From Felis catus (Eukaryota): DNA of 64,000 nucleotides. Below are positions 37,565 through 50,088 of this stretch, in pieces; position 1 is the stretch's first letter; every line of letters begins with the position of its first letter. Location: contig NC_058371.1 in assembly GCF_018350175.1 (NCBI RefSeq), forward strand, positions 98,952,001-99,016,000. Reading direction: 5' to 3'. The notes under the pieces are model-generated. The model was given only the letters and a program-made list of their open reading frames with translations. It made no database searches and was not told the origin of the DNA. The position numbers and the translations under genes are program-made.

Positions 37565-38149
37565 TAAAGCAGTGCTTTAAATAGCCACCTAATAAATGAT
37601 ATGCATATTTTATAATGAAAAGAAAGGTATTCCTAAAAGTTTCAACTACTACATTTAGAAAAGTAGGCAATGTACGTTTAAATCTAATGTAATGAAGAAA
37701 GAAAGAATTAATGTTAAAGAGTAAGTTCTATGCCCAATCATGAAGCAACATTTATGCTGCAATCAGCATATGGTGCTTTTGCTCATACCCACGGTACTTT
37801 CCCTGTTTCCTATCTACTACCAAATGCCTTCACACATTTTTCATTTTAGGACTAAGTATAAACTCATTTTAAATCTAAATGTGAATGAGCATATTATACT
37901 AAAATGGACAAAAATAATCCTTATTGTTGAATTTTCAACAGAGGAAGTAATTTTTGGGGTTGGAGTAGGAAAGATTGAGGAAGATTTTCTAGAAATTCTG
38001 AACTGATAACTTAGATGGAGCCAAATTACTCATGATGCTAAGAATACAACTGTAGTAGGATTCACAACTTGTGCATTGAGGCTTCTGTCTTTTTAGAAAT
38101 TCTGTGCTGCCCCTCTATAACACCACTACTAATACAACTAATTTACATT

Positions 38150-38312
38150 ACTAGTTATTGAATGCTGGACACTCTGGTGGGTGTTTTACAAGCATTATCT
38201 TTATTCATTACCACAAGCCTGAAAGATAAGTAAATACGATTAATCTCATTTTGCAGATGGAGAAATTGAAGGTCAGCAAGGTTAAATGACTTTCCAAAAG
38301 CTATAGTTAAAT
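38150..38312 (-). mobile_element. MIR relic
   Basis: Core ctcattttgcagatggagaaattgaaggtcagcaaggttaaatgactttccaaa. Confidence 0.75.
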
Positions 38313-39299
38313 CAAATACTATCAAATTCCTGATTGTTTTCATTATACATTATTGTTGCACCTTTTCTTCATCTATACTTCAAGGATATTATTTTGTTAA
38401 TAAGCAAAGCTTGTATGTTAAACCTTGACTCATTCACACTTGCTTTATGTCACTATCAAGCAATTAAATTCTTCAAATATAAAACCATTAGTATATACAT
38501 GACGGGCACCTATTTGAAAACACAATATCTAAATGTATTTTTTTATAAAAACTTCTTTTGAAATATTATTCTGCAAGATATTTACCAAATTAAAGAAAAA
38601 CAAAACTATGTCCTGGTTTTATCTATTTCGCTGGTACTTTAAATTGTGTTTATAAACCCTGCAAAGCAACCCAATGTAATATATATGGACTAACAATGTA
38701 TAGTGTGCAAATGACAGCAGAGAATTTTTCTCTCCTCAGACTTATTAAAAGCATAATATTTACACACATTGAAGATGCACCAACCACTGATCAGTTAGTA
38801 GATAGATGATAGAAGATAGCCAGCTAGCTAGCTGGATAATTAGAGACAGAAACTTATAGAGATATATGTATATTTGTACATCATCCCCTGTTAAAATGCC
38901 AAAGACTAGTGAAACATATTTGCTGCTGTATGTTTTATTATGCTTCTAAAATGTTAAGGTAAATTGTGGTTCAGTTCTGTTGTGATTTTCCAGAGAAGTC
39001 AGGTATTACGCCTTCTACCTGACTAGCAGAAATACATGGCATTTTAATTTCAATCTTAACACATTGCTCTTGCTGCCCTCAAATATGGATCAAATTTCAG
39101 TAATAATGACAATGATTTTAAAAGATCATAAAAATGATGAAGATACACCAAAAAAAAAAGATGACGATAAAATAAAAGAATCAACAACCATTGTTGACAT
39201 ATTTAGGACATCAAATGGTCCAGGCCTTATGCCTTAGACTTGAGAACACTCTTATTTGAAGACATTATACGGTTTTTGCTCTTGTACAAGACATTTAGC

Positions 39300-39542
39300 A
39301 GATTGAGAGCTTAAACTCTGGAAGTAACTGTGTAGGCTTACCACCTGACTCTATGACAAATCTGGGTCATCTTAGAAAATTGACTTACCTTCTCTCTCCT
39401 TCAGCTTCGCTATCTGTATAAGCTGGAAAATATTTACCCCAACCTCATGGGTCTCTTGTGAAAAGTAAGTAAAATAAATACAGGTAAAGTCCTGAGAACA
39501 GTGTAGGCCAATAGTAAGTACTTAAAGCATTTGCTATGATTA
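39300..39542 (+). mobile_element. MIR relic
   Basis: Core cttcagcttcgctatctgtataagctgg...aacctcatgggtctcttgtgaaaagtaa...gtaaagtcctgagaacagtg. Confidence 0.7.
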
Positions 39543-39633
39543 TGGAAAACCATTTAAAAATGACAAAACACACTGCTTTCTACTATACTTGACACGACTA
39601 AAGCCTTAGTGAAAAAGCCAAACACTGTCATAC

Positions 39634-42600
39634 CTGTGTATCCAGTTTTGCAAACACAGTTGAAGCTTCCTGGAACATTTTGGCAGACAGCACCGTTCTT
39701 GCAGGGACCAGGCAGGCACTCATTGACATCTCTCTCACAGGCCCTGCCAGTGAAGCCATCTGGGCAGCTGCAGGAAAATCCTCCCACTAAATTGTGACAG
39801 GTCCCACCATTGTGGCAAGGGGATGGAAGGCATTCATCTATATCTATTTCACACCAGCTACCAGCATAACCTGGCAGACACTTGCATAAGAAAGGCCGCA
39901 GAGGTTCGTTTGCCACAATGATGACTGGGAGACTCTCGTGGCTCTTTAATACAGAGCTCACAGCCAGTCTTCTTATACAGCTGCCTCCATTCTGACATGG
40001 GCCGTGAACACATGAGTCATGATCCACAGATTCTACCTTCACTCCACTCTGCCGGAGAAGGATCTCTTTGATGCTTTCAAAGAAGGTGGCTACACCACTG
40101 GGATTCACATACTGATTATTGTTTCGTTTCACAGCTGCTAAAAGAAACGTTCTATTGTTCTCCTCGTATGCACCATAAAGTTGCACAGCAGTCCCTAAGC
40201 CTGTCAGTTGGGAACTGGCAATGCGTAGAAAATGAAGGTAGTGGTTAGTCAAGAAGTCCTTTACTGTTGGAATGCTGAGACGCAGTAGGATGCTGTTATC
40301 CACAGTAGCATTAGAAAATCCAGCAAAGAAAACTCGGATATTGCTCGTGACTGTGCTGTGAACTCCATCACTGCTAAGGACAGTGAGATCAAATGTGCCG
40401 TCTGTTGACCTTGGCTGTGAATTCAGATCACAAGTACCCCTTGGAATACTGAACAGGCTTGTAACTCCTGAAGTAAGGGAGCAGTGGAAGGTATCTAACA
40501 CATCCGGATCCTGCGGCTTCACAGAGCCTAATATCCCACCAGGAAATAAATTGCCATAATAATTAACAAATATCTCCACAGTCCGAGACTGTGAAGGATT
40601 GTCATTTTGGTCTATAACTGTGATATGCACGGTTCCTGTGGAAGACATTTGAGGAACACCAGAATCCCTAGTAATCACAGACAGGTAGAAGTCTGCAATC
40701 TGTTCTCTGTCAATCTCTCTGGTTGTGCTCAGAACTCCAGCAGTGTTCAGACTAAAATAATTGGTGGCAGGACCTGTGCTCAGCAAGTAATAGGTAAAAG
40801 GGCCTTGATTTGGAGGGAGATCAGGATCAGTGGACTGAAGGGTCATCACCAGAGTTCCTGGGCGTTTGTTTTCCATAACTTCACCTTCACTGATGGTCAA
40901 CATAGGTCCATTATCATTTATATCTTCTAGGGTAACTAACAGGGAGGCACTTCCTGTAGCGGAGGGGGTCCCTGAATCAATAGCCAACACTGTGAGATTA
41001 TAGACAGGTAGGGTTTCTCTGTCTAGTTCTGCTGTGACAGTGATCTGTCCCGTCTGTGGATTAATGGAAAAGGCACCATTTTCGTTCCCTGATCCAATGA
41101 AGTAAGAAAACCTGCTCCAGCTGGGGACAGAGTCTGAGTCAAAGGCACTGACAAATGTCACATGGGTTCCAGTTGGGACCCCCTCACTGATCTGAACACT
41201 GTAGATGTTTAAACTAAAAATGGGTGGGTCATTGGCATCAAGTACAGTGACGTTTACAGTGACCTCGTCTATATCGGCACCTCTAATGCTGCCAGAATTC
41301 TTGGCCAGTACCTTCAAAGACACCCTCTCTTCTTTTTCCCTATCGAGAAGGCCAGAAACATAAATCTGCCCAGTCTTCTTATTGATCTGGAAACCCTTCT
41401 TCCTACTGTTACCAAAAATCAAATAGTGTACCTCCCCATCGGTGCCCAAATCACGGTCGCTGGCAAACACTTCTCCAACAATTGTGCCTTTGGGAGCTGC
41501 TTCTGAGATTTCAAAATAGTAAAGTTTGGAAACAAAGCGAGGCACGTACTCATTTGTCCCTTTTAATTGTATGTTAACAGTGGCAAAACTGCACCTTTCT
41601 TCATCAGGGACATTGAAGGCTTTCACAGTCAGATGGTAGCTCTGCTTGGTTTCAAAATCCAAGAAGCCTTGAGTGGTGATGACTCCTGTGTTAGGGTCAA
41701 TGACAAAGAGGTCACTGTCAGATGACTGGACGGTGTATGCAATCACAGCATTGGTTCCGGAATCAGCGTCTGTAGCATTTAGGTGGATGACTGTTGTTCC
41801 ACTTGGGGCATTTTCCAAAACAGTAGGGAAATATTCATCAGGGAAGAATACTGGAGAATTGTCATTCACATCGATCACATTTACAGTCACGCTGCAGTAA
41901 CCAGTTCTTGCAACCCATCCTCCATCTGTTGCAGTAATAGTCATCTCATGTTTCTGGCATAGCTCATAATCAAGAGCTTTGGCTAGTGTTAATATACCTG
42001 TGGAGGAATTGATTGCAAAAATGCCTTCTTCGTTTCCTGAAGAAATACTGTACCTAATTAAGCCATTCATCGCTGCATCTCTGTCTCTTGCAGAAACGGT
42101 TCTGACAATGGCCCCGATACTATGGCTTTCAGGGATGGTTGCACTCATGTGACTTTGAGAGAATTCGGGCGTATGGTAGTTTTCCTCAGTGACAATTATT
42201 TGAACGGTTGCTTGGGATGAAAGCGGAGGGTTTCCTTTATCTCTTGCGGTGACAGTAATCACAAAGTTTTGATTTAAGTCAGAGATCAGGGAAGATGCTA
42301 CTGAAATCCACCCTGTACTGTTGTCCAACTTGAATTTTCCGAAATGATTTTCATTAGAAATCAGATACTCCACTTCAGAATTCAGTCCAAAATCTCTATC
42401 ATCTACTGCTGTAACTTTGATTAACTTCGTACCAACTTTAACATTTTTGGTGACCGGAGTAAAATATTTACCTTTAAGAAACTGTGGTGCATTGTCATTA
42501 CTGTCCACTGTGTTGATGGTGACTGTTGTCTCACTGAGTAATGAAGGATTACCTCGATCTGAAGATGTCACTATAAAACTGTGTCTGTTGATGTTCACAT

Positions 42601-43983
42601 TACTGGTGCCACTGACATTTTGGTATTTCAAGACCTGTTTATTGAAAATCTCTCCTGTGGTGGCATTAATCCTGAAATACTCTGACTGAGATTTTATAAA
42701 ATAAAAAACTTGCCCATTTGATCCCTCATCAGGATCTGTTGCAGATACCTGAGTCACTTTGGAGCCAATTTCAGTAAGTTCAGGACAATCTAAATAGTAA
42801 GAGGGTCTGCTAAATCTTGGAGCATTGTCATTGACATCTGTCACAAATATTGTGACATCGGTACTTACAGTCCACCCAGAATCATGTGCGGAAACTCGGA
42901 TTCTATAACGGTCCGTATCTTCTCTATTTAAAGGTCTGCTAATTACAATATCCCCTGTGCTGGGATTAATTGTAAATGGAAGACTTGTGTCCGTTATGGA
43001 ATATCTACTGATTGCATTTACACCAATGTCTTCATCAGAAGTTGTGACACGTGTAACTGTGTATCCTAAAGGGGAATTTTCAGGAACATAGGCACTAAAT
43101 ATTTGAGAGAACCTTGGGGCATTGTCATTTTCATCTAAAATGTTAATGATGACTTTTACTGAGGTACTCTGAGAAGGGGAGCCTTTGTCCGAGGACTTTA
43201 TGGTGAGCACATACTGCGATATTTTTTCCCTGTCTAACAACCGAATGCTTCTAATTTCGCCAGTGGCGTGATTAATAGTGAAACTATGTTCTTTGTTGCC
43301 ATTAACAATTTCATAATCTAACTGTCCATTGGGTCCACTATCCTTATCCATTGCTGAAACAGTAAGAATTTTTCGAGGGGAGAGGTTTTCCAATATTTCA
43401 GATACAAATGGATCTTCCTTAAAAACTGGGGAGTTATCATTGACATCTAATACTGTTAAGTCAAGTTTCTCATAAGAGGATAGAGGAGGGAAGCCTCCAT
43501 CTCTGGCCTCTATCCATATAACATATTTTTGTATCTTTTCAAAATCTAGAGGTTGACTAATGGACACTTGCCCTGTTAACTGATCGATTTGGAATGTACT
43601 GCCGAGATTCCCACTTGCAATATAATAGGACAAAGGTTCTCCTCTCAAGGAGGACCCAGTAACGGTGGTGACAAGAGTGCCGACTGGCTGGTTTTCAGGG
43701 AACATGAAAGTCTGTTCCTTGGCTCTGACTTTAGGGAAATCTGCCTTGTTCACAAACCTAACAGTCACTGTGGTAGAATCTGTCTTTGGAAATGAGCCAC
43801 CGTCTTTTACATGTACAGAAAATGTCACTTCTGAAGCCCCATTTAGTGGTCCAGCTGCCATAATAGCTCCCCTCAGTGGGTCAATGTGAAATTTTTCAGA
43901 GTTTCTGCCCGAAAGAGAATAATGCAGCTCAGAATTGGGTCCAATATCAGCATCTGTGACTGTAACCGCAAAGACGAAGGAAC
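39634..43983 (-). CDS. FAT4: FAT4 giant exon 9 (4350 nt): membrane-proximal cadherin repeats and first EGF repeats
   Basis: tttatag|GT TCC TTC GTC ... TAC ACA G|gtatga, in frame with ORF 39554..43861. Repeated LDRE/LDFE, DxD and DxNDNxP cadherin motifs, then EGF repeats (DIDECLPSPCHNGGTC, DVNECLPGPCKNG). Confidence 0.98.
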
Positions 43984-45960
43984 CTATAAAAGATGGAGCG
44001 TACAGTTATAATCACATGGAACCCAAACAAAACATTTGATAGTGGATTAATGTATACAAAGTATTATATTGCTCCCTAGTATAACTTAATTTTCTCATGA
44101 TTACTGGGAAGAACAGTAACTCCTATATTATCTCTGAAGTTCCCAAGTCAAATCTACTTAATGGTAGTCTTTAGGGGCTGACCTGCCATTTTCTAACTAA
44201 AACCCATATGGTCTACTAGATTTAATACTTTTCAGTATGCCTTTGAGAAAAGTACAGTGAAGAGCAATGGCTAATCATTCAGAATTATAGTTCCTAGGAG
44301 AAAAATTGTACATAAGACAACTTTCAACAAACATGATACTATGTGAGTTCTGCTAAGAGCTACGTTTCTGCCCAATGAAAAAAGATAATTGCTCTCTTAG
44401 GTCTTAAAGTATCTTTGAATTACCATACATGTAATCAAGTCAACAATATTTTTAATACATTTTTTAAAATTACTGTGATTCTTTAATTCACCATTTTTTG
44501 GCAAAATGCTTTTGTGATCTATCATTACATGGAGACAAAATATATATACACATATGAATACATATATTCATAAATCAATTAGAACAATTATAAAGTAGTA
44601 TGAAATAAGAACTGAGGAAGAATGGAGTCAATTTGGATTCCAAAAGTTAGTGCTTGGGATGAATGCCAATGAAACAGATTGTAGCAGAAATACGCAGGAA
44701 AACTGCCATAAGGACATGTTTTTGATGTACTCATTCAAAAAACCTTTTCCAAACCTGTATTCATACCCTACAGTAAAGTTGGTGACAAAAGCGAAAAGTC
44801 TTTTATTAAGGCCAGTGATTCTTATTAATTACAATAAGTCTAATGAGGAAAAGATGCTTAAGCATTACATACTCCCTTTTTATAGGGGATGCTATATTGC
44901 ATCACCACACATCGGATGTAATTAGAATCATGCCTGCCGGCATCATTTCAGCTACAGGCCTTCATCAGGGATATATGACTTTGATATTGACATTTCCTTT
45001 TGATAAAAGATTGGCACAGAAATTTATGCATTTTATACTTTGAATTGGTATCAATTTGACATTCTCAAGTGAATATGAGATCAAACACCACTGAGAGAAG
45101 AGATCCTGGATCCATTTGCTTTTTCTTCTAATTAAAAGTATTTTAAAGCAAAGCAGATCAAATTAATTTGGGCCTATATTTGTATATTTTCCTGTTTGGA
45201 AACACATCTCAAAGATTACAAATGGCAGATTATTTGTGCAGTTTTTTAGAGAGCTTGCCATTTTTTACAAACAAGCAAATGAAACCAAAGTAAATTTAAA
45301 TGAAGGAAGATAAATGCATATAGTGTCATATGAAAGCGGTCACTAATGTCTTCATAAACTTACTAACAGAAAATCTTCATCCATCAAAACTGGAATAAAA
45401 TATTAATAATAATAATTCATTAGAATTATTCACTCATTAAATATTTTTGAAAACCTACCTATGAAGGATTAAAATAAAATCTTTATTTTCTACCCACAAA
45501 TATAGTTGAATGCTTTCTACCTCTCAGATGTTTCAGGAAATAGCATATGGCAAAAAGAAAGGAAGAAAGAAAGAAAGAGAGAAAGAAAGAAAAAGAAACG
45601 TCTCTCCTCTCATGGAATTTACAAACAAATTACATACATCTCTGGGCAGAACCCTTCTCGACTATGAAGTGACTATTTTAATCATTTGAAAATATTCAAA
45701 TTATATTAAGAAACAGTACCAGGAAAGATGTAGCAACTATAAAATCTTAAACCCAATTGGTCTAAAATTAAAAAAAAAAATCATTTATGAAGATTCAACA
45801 TTCCTTCAGTTTCGTTAGTCAAAACAAGTTGAATTTAGAGGATCTATGAAGCTAAGCTGTATCAGAAATATTCATATAAAAGTAACAAAAATATATTTAT
45901 AGAAAAGGTCCAATGTATAGATTGCATTTATCCATGACACCTCAGAGTTGGCTTGATTAC

Positions 45961-46211
45961 CTGGAGGAGTAGGAGACGGGATGTGTGTGACATATGGGTG
46001 ATGTTGAAATCTTGGTGGGTTGTCATTGACATCAGTCACAGTGACAAGCACACTGGCAGAACTGGAAAGAGGCTCCGGGGATCCAGCATCACTGGAGACC
46101 ACAACTAAAGTGTAATTCTCTTTTGTTTCCCTGTCTAGCAATGCACTTGTGATGATTTGTCCTGTGGATGGGTTGATGGTGAACTGAGAGTTTCCACCAA
46201 TGATTCTATAA
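45961..46211 (-). CDS. FAT4: FAT4 exon 8 (251 nt; 245 nt with the alternative acceptor at 46205), cadherin repeat
   Basis: ctctttag|T TAT AGA ATC ... CCT CCA G|gtaatc; YRIIGGNSQFTINPSTGQIITSALLDRETKENY...DVNDNPPRFQHHPYVTHIPSPTPP. Confidence 0.96.
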
Positions 46212-47877
46212 CTAAAGAGAACAGAGATGGGCATATTTTTTCTGGTGTTCGTACTGTAGCATCTATTCACTACAATTTAGAAACTGAGGCAGAAATGTAA
46301 AAACAAATCATTAGAAGTACAATCACACAACAATTAAAGAATATGGCCAGACGATAAATATTTCAGATTTTATGTATCACATTGACAATCTTTACTGTGA
46401 GATGTCCAGTGAGCTCAAGCAGGTCCTCACAAGATCTCTGGATTTTTTGGATCATGCAAGTCCCCAAAATATACCCAGAAGACTATTGTGTTATAAATAA
46501 GTGAACCTGAAGGCATAAATCAGGGCCTCGCTCTAATATTGCGGTTAGTGGCCAGGATCACAAATGAACATCTGTTAAATGAATCTAAAAATTACTTTTC
46601 TGCTGTGTACCATAATAAACCAGAGAAGATCAGTTGAAGATCTTATTTTTTAAAGACAAAACACTGTATTTGACATCCACCGCCTACCCAGAACAACTAA
46701 AGAACTGATTATTTATACAGAGACATTCCTGCTTACTAATTCTCTCATTTGTCATTCCTCATATGGCTATGCTTTTCTTTCTTGTTGTCAGGAGAGGTAT
46801 GACATTTTCATGGATATTCTGATGCTAACCAGATTGGTTAATAGGCAGGAGTTTCCTCTGAGAACACCTCCTCTCTTCTTTATGAAGAGAAAGCTATCTG
46901 TATATTCCTCAGAGATCAACTAGAAAAGAAGTAGCTAAGCTTGAAGGTTCAGAAACTGGCTATATGGTCCATTGTTTTTAGAGTTGGAGGGTGGCAAGGA
47001 AATGGATGTCTTTAAAAGTCTTCTCCTTTAGACGAACAAAGAAATGGCCTTGTTAGAATTAACTGCATGTTTCTATAGTTTGGTTTGTGCCCATGAAAAC
47101 AAAGCAACAGCAAGTATATCTAACAGTAGAAAAAGGTCTACATTGCAGTAAGTGGAATGGGAATTCCTCCTATTAAGCTCACAGTTTAAAACTAACATTC
47201 AGCAATTTTATCCTTTTTAGAGAAATAATGAACTACTCGGGAGCTGATATTTTTAAAAAGGAGAAGTCCTACAAAATAGAAAAAAAAAAGGTACAGGGGC
47301 GTTTGGCTGAGAAATGACTTCAGTATTTACAAAGTACTTGATATCACTCAGACTTTCAATACATTTTGGCATACTCACATGCCAGGATCAGCAGTAAATG
47401 AGAATAGCATTTCCTGGACCAGAAGTGACTCTTTATAAAGTATAATTACTGCCTTTATACAGTAGATATCTATTCCCTTTATCAAAATAAAAATATCACA
47501 GGTTTATAAGTGAATTCTTAAAGTTATAAAATCAGGACTTACGAAATAATCAAATTATTTTACCCTTTCAATAAATTCTGTAAGAACCTGAATTATGAGA
47601 ATTGTGTCATCTTATTCTGAGAAACCTTGTGTCTATCAGTAAATGTAGAAACTATCAAACAGGGAAAAAGAGCAATTCGTAACTCATAGCACCACAAACT
47701 TTTTTACAGCTTTATGACAGCAAAGTTCAGGGATTGATTAAATATTACCTCAATTATTCACAAATACAAATAAAGTTAAAATGATGAAAAATGCATGAAA
47801 ATTTAGATTTGGATATTTGTCTATGACAAGACTGTGATGTATTAGGAAGAGCAACATGTTGAAAGGCAAATGATGTG

Positions 47878-48010
47878 AGTTCGAAGTAGGCTCTAGGCTC
47901 TGAGCTATTTGTTAGCACAGAGCACAACGCGGGACTCGAACTCACAAACCACGATTCCATGACCTGAGCTGAAGTCGAATGCTCAACCGACTGAGCCACC
48001 CAGGAGCCTC
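47878..48010 (-). mobile_element. SINEC lacking CT tract and tail
   Basis: Reverse-complement head only (ccgactgagccacccaggagcc). Confidence 0.87.
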
Positions 48011-48128
48011 TCTATTTAAAAGTAATTAATATCTTTACTATTTTTAAACATTAAAAAATAAACTGTCACACTAGATGTGATTTTTTTCTAGATTTTACCT
48101 AATTCTGAAGTGTATCAAAAATCTATTT

Positions 48129-48321
48129 AAATTTTTTAATGTTTATTTTTGAGAGAGAGAGAAAGAGACAGAGATTGGGAGGGGCAGAGAAGAGAGGGGA
48201 CACAGAATCCAAAGCAGGCTCCAGGCTCTGATCTGTCAGCACAGGGCCCGATGCGTGACCTGTGAGATCATGACCCGAGTTGAAGTTGGATGCTTAACTT
48301 ACTGAGCCACCCAGGAGCCCT
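48129..48321 (-). mobile_element. SINEC with small internal deletion
   Basis: TSD-like caaaaa(g)tctattt on both sides. Confidence 0.9.
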
Positions 48322-48864
48322 CCAAAAAGTCTATTTTACATATGAAGTATTCTGTAAATGCCTCATAATATCTACAATATCAGTTTTATCTGATATATAC
48401 TTGTAAGTTAAAAAACACACACATATAGAAGGGACACAAGTGGCTCTATAAGTGGATAGACGTTTAAGATAATATGCCCGGGTTTGCCTTTCCTCTATCA
48501 CTTGAATCCTGGTTTAGTTCTCATCCCTTCATGAAGATCTTTCCTCCTTCTCGGTCCAAAATTTCTTTTATGGATATTAACTTTATCACATTGGGTTTTG
48601 TGCTGTCCTTTCACACCTGAACATCTATGCTGGGGTTTAAAGCTCTGCAGCATCTTACCGTGTCCTTATTGTGTACTGAGCACAGGCTACAAGGCACTTT
48701 ATATATGCTCTCGTTTAGGTTCGAAACAATCCTGACATTTTGGTTTTGTTTTGGATTTTTTATAGATAATGAATCTGAATCTAAGAGGGACTAATACACT
48801 AGCACAACAAAGCACACTATCTACAACAGGTCAATCTAGACTTTGAATTTGAAAATCTAGTCTT

Positions 48865-48925
48865 TGTTCTATCATACTATCATATGTTCTATCATACTAC
48901 ATCTATCATTTGTTCTATCATACTA
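48865..48925. repeat. Three copies of tgttctatcatacta
   Basis: Copies start at 48865, 48885 and 48911. Confidence 0.9.
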
Positions 48926-49880
48926 CAGTATAAAGAAGGTAAAACTCAGCTGGAGTGAAGGCAAGAAATGCTGTACCTGCTTGCTAAGACTAAAAGGAAC
49001 TAGTGCTCAAGGTGTGTGTCAATGTAGAATTGGTTTCCATTGATTTGGCTCGGAGCAAATCAACAAATATTTATTTGCAGATTCAAGAATAAGAAATTAC
49101 TGTTTCAAATTATGGGCATAGACTGACATCATTGTTACCTAAAATCTAAATCACTTTTGCACTTTTAAAGCTAAAATATCACAATTTGATTTTTTAATCT
49201 TTTTTTTTTTTGCCTCTTCCTGACATCTACTAGGAGCATAAAGCACTGTGTTGTATGTTGCGAGAATACAATAATTCAGTTTCTGTATTAAATTGTGTGC
49301 ACTTTGAAACACAATTCACTTGGACATGAATTTTTACCTCACTTCTAACACTTCAATTCATAAAATTCCTTCTTTCTAAGCCTTTTCTCTCCATTTATAA
49401 AGTGTTGATCACATATACGTTCCTTTCACTTAGTACTTTGGAGCATTAAATGTAATTTCATATGAAATGCACTTGGTATTGTAATTGGTACATGATGAGA
49501 ATTAAAAGTCCAGTTTTACACACATAACAGACTATATACACATATTTAATTATAATATAATAGTCTATCATATATAATCTATTATAATCCATCTACATAT
49601 TTAGTCAAATGGATAGGTGGACTAATTGATAGACACTTGGAGAAGTAGGTGAAAATCCTGTCCTCAAGCTTACATCCTGAATGGAAGAAAGAGAGAAATA
49701 CAAAACAAGGCAGTATATTCAAGTAGAAGTATTGCTCTAGTTATCCGAAAGACAAAGAGACCACTTTTGACTGGAGTGATTAAAGGAAAGCTTTCTGTGA
49801 AGAAGGCTAAAGTTAAGCTGAGCTTTAAAGGAGCTACCCATCTTGCAATAGTGGTGAAAAGGGAGAAAGGTGGTCTAGGT

Positions 49881-50088
49881 CAGGAGTCAGCAAATTTTTT
49901 TCCTTAAAAGGCCATTGCTAGTCAATATGCCTCTGCAGGCCATAAGAGCTCTGTTGCAATACTCAGCTTGCTGTTGCAGGACAAAAGCAGCCGCAGACAA
50001 TACATCCATGAATGGGCATGGCTATATCCCAATACAACTTTACTTACAAATGCAGGTTTAGCCTATAGATTGCCATTTGCAGAACCTG
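49881..50088. mobile_element. MER58A-type hAT-Charlie MITE
   Basis: TIRs caggagtcagcaaa...tttgcagaacctg; aaagcagccgcagacaatac...gggcatggcta; tctagg target-like flanks on both sides. Confidence 0.8.

Noticed and set aside
40607-43889. Several plus-strand ORFs opposite exon 9
   Set aside because: Antisense shadows caused by codon bias in a long real ORF.
48865-48925. Three 15-bp direct repeats with short variable spacers (similar cases at 37026-37116 and 61261-61303), superficially CRISPR-like
   Set aside because: Mammalian intron; spacers are short and derived from the repeat itself; no cas genes. Ordinary slippage duplications.
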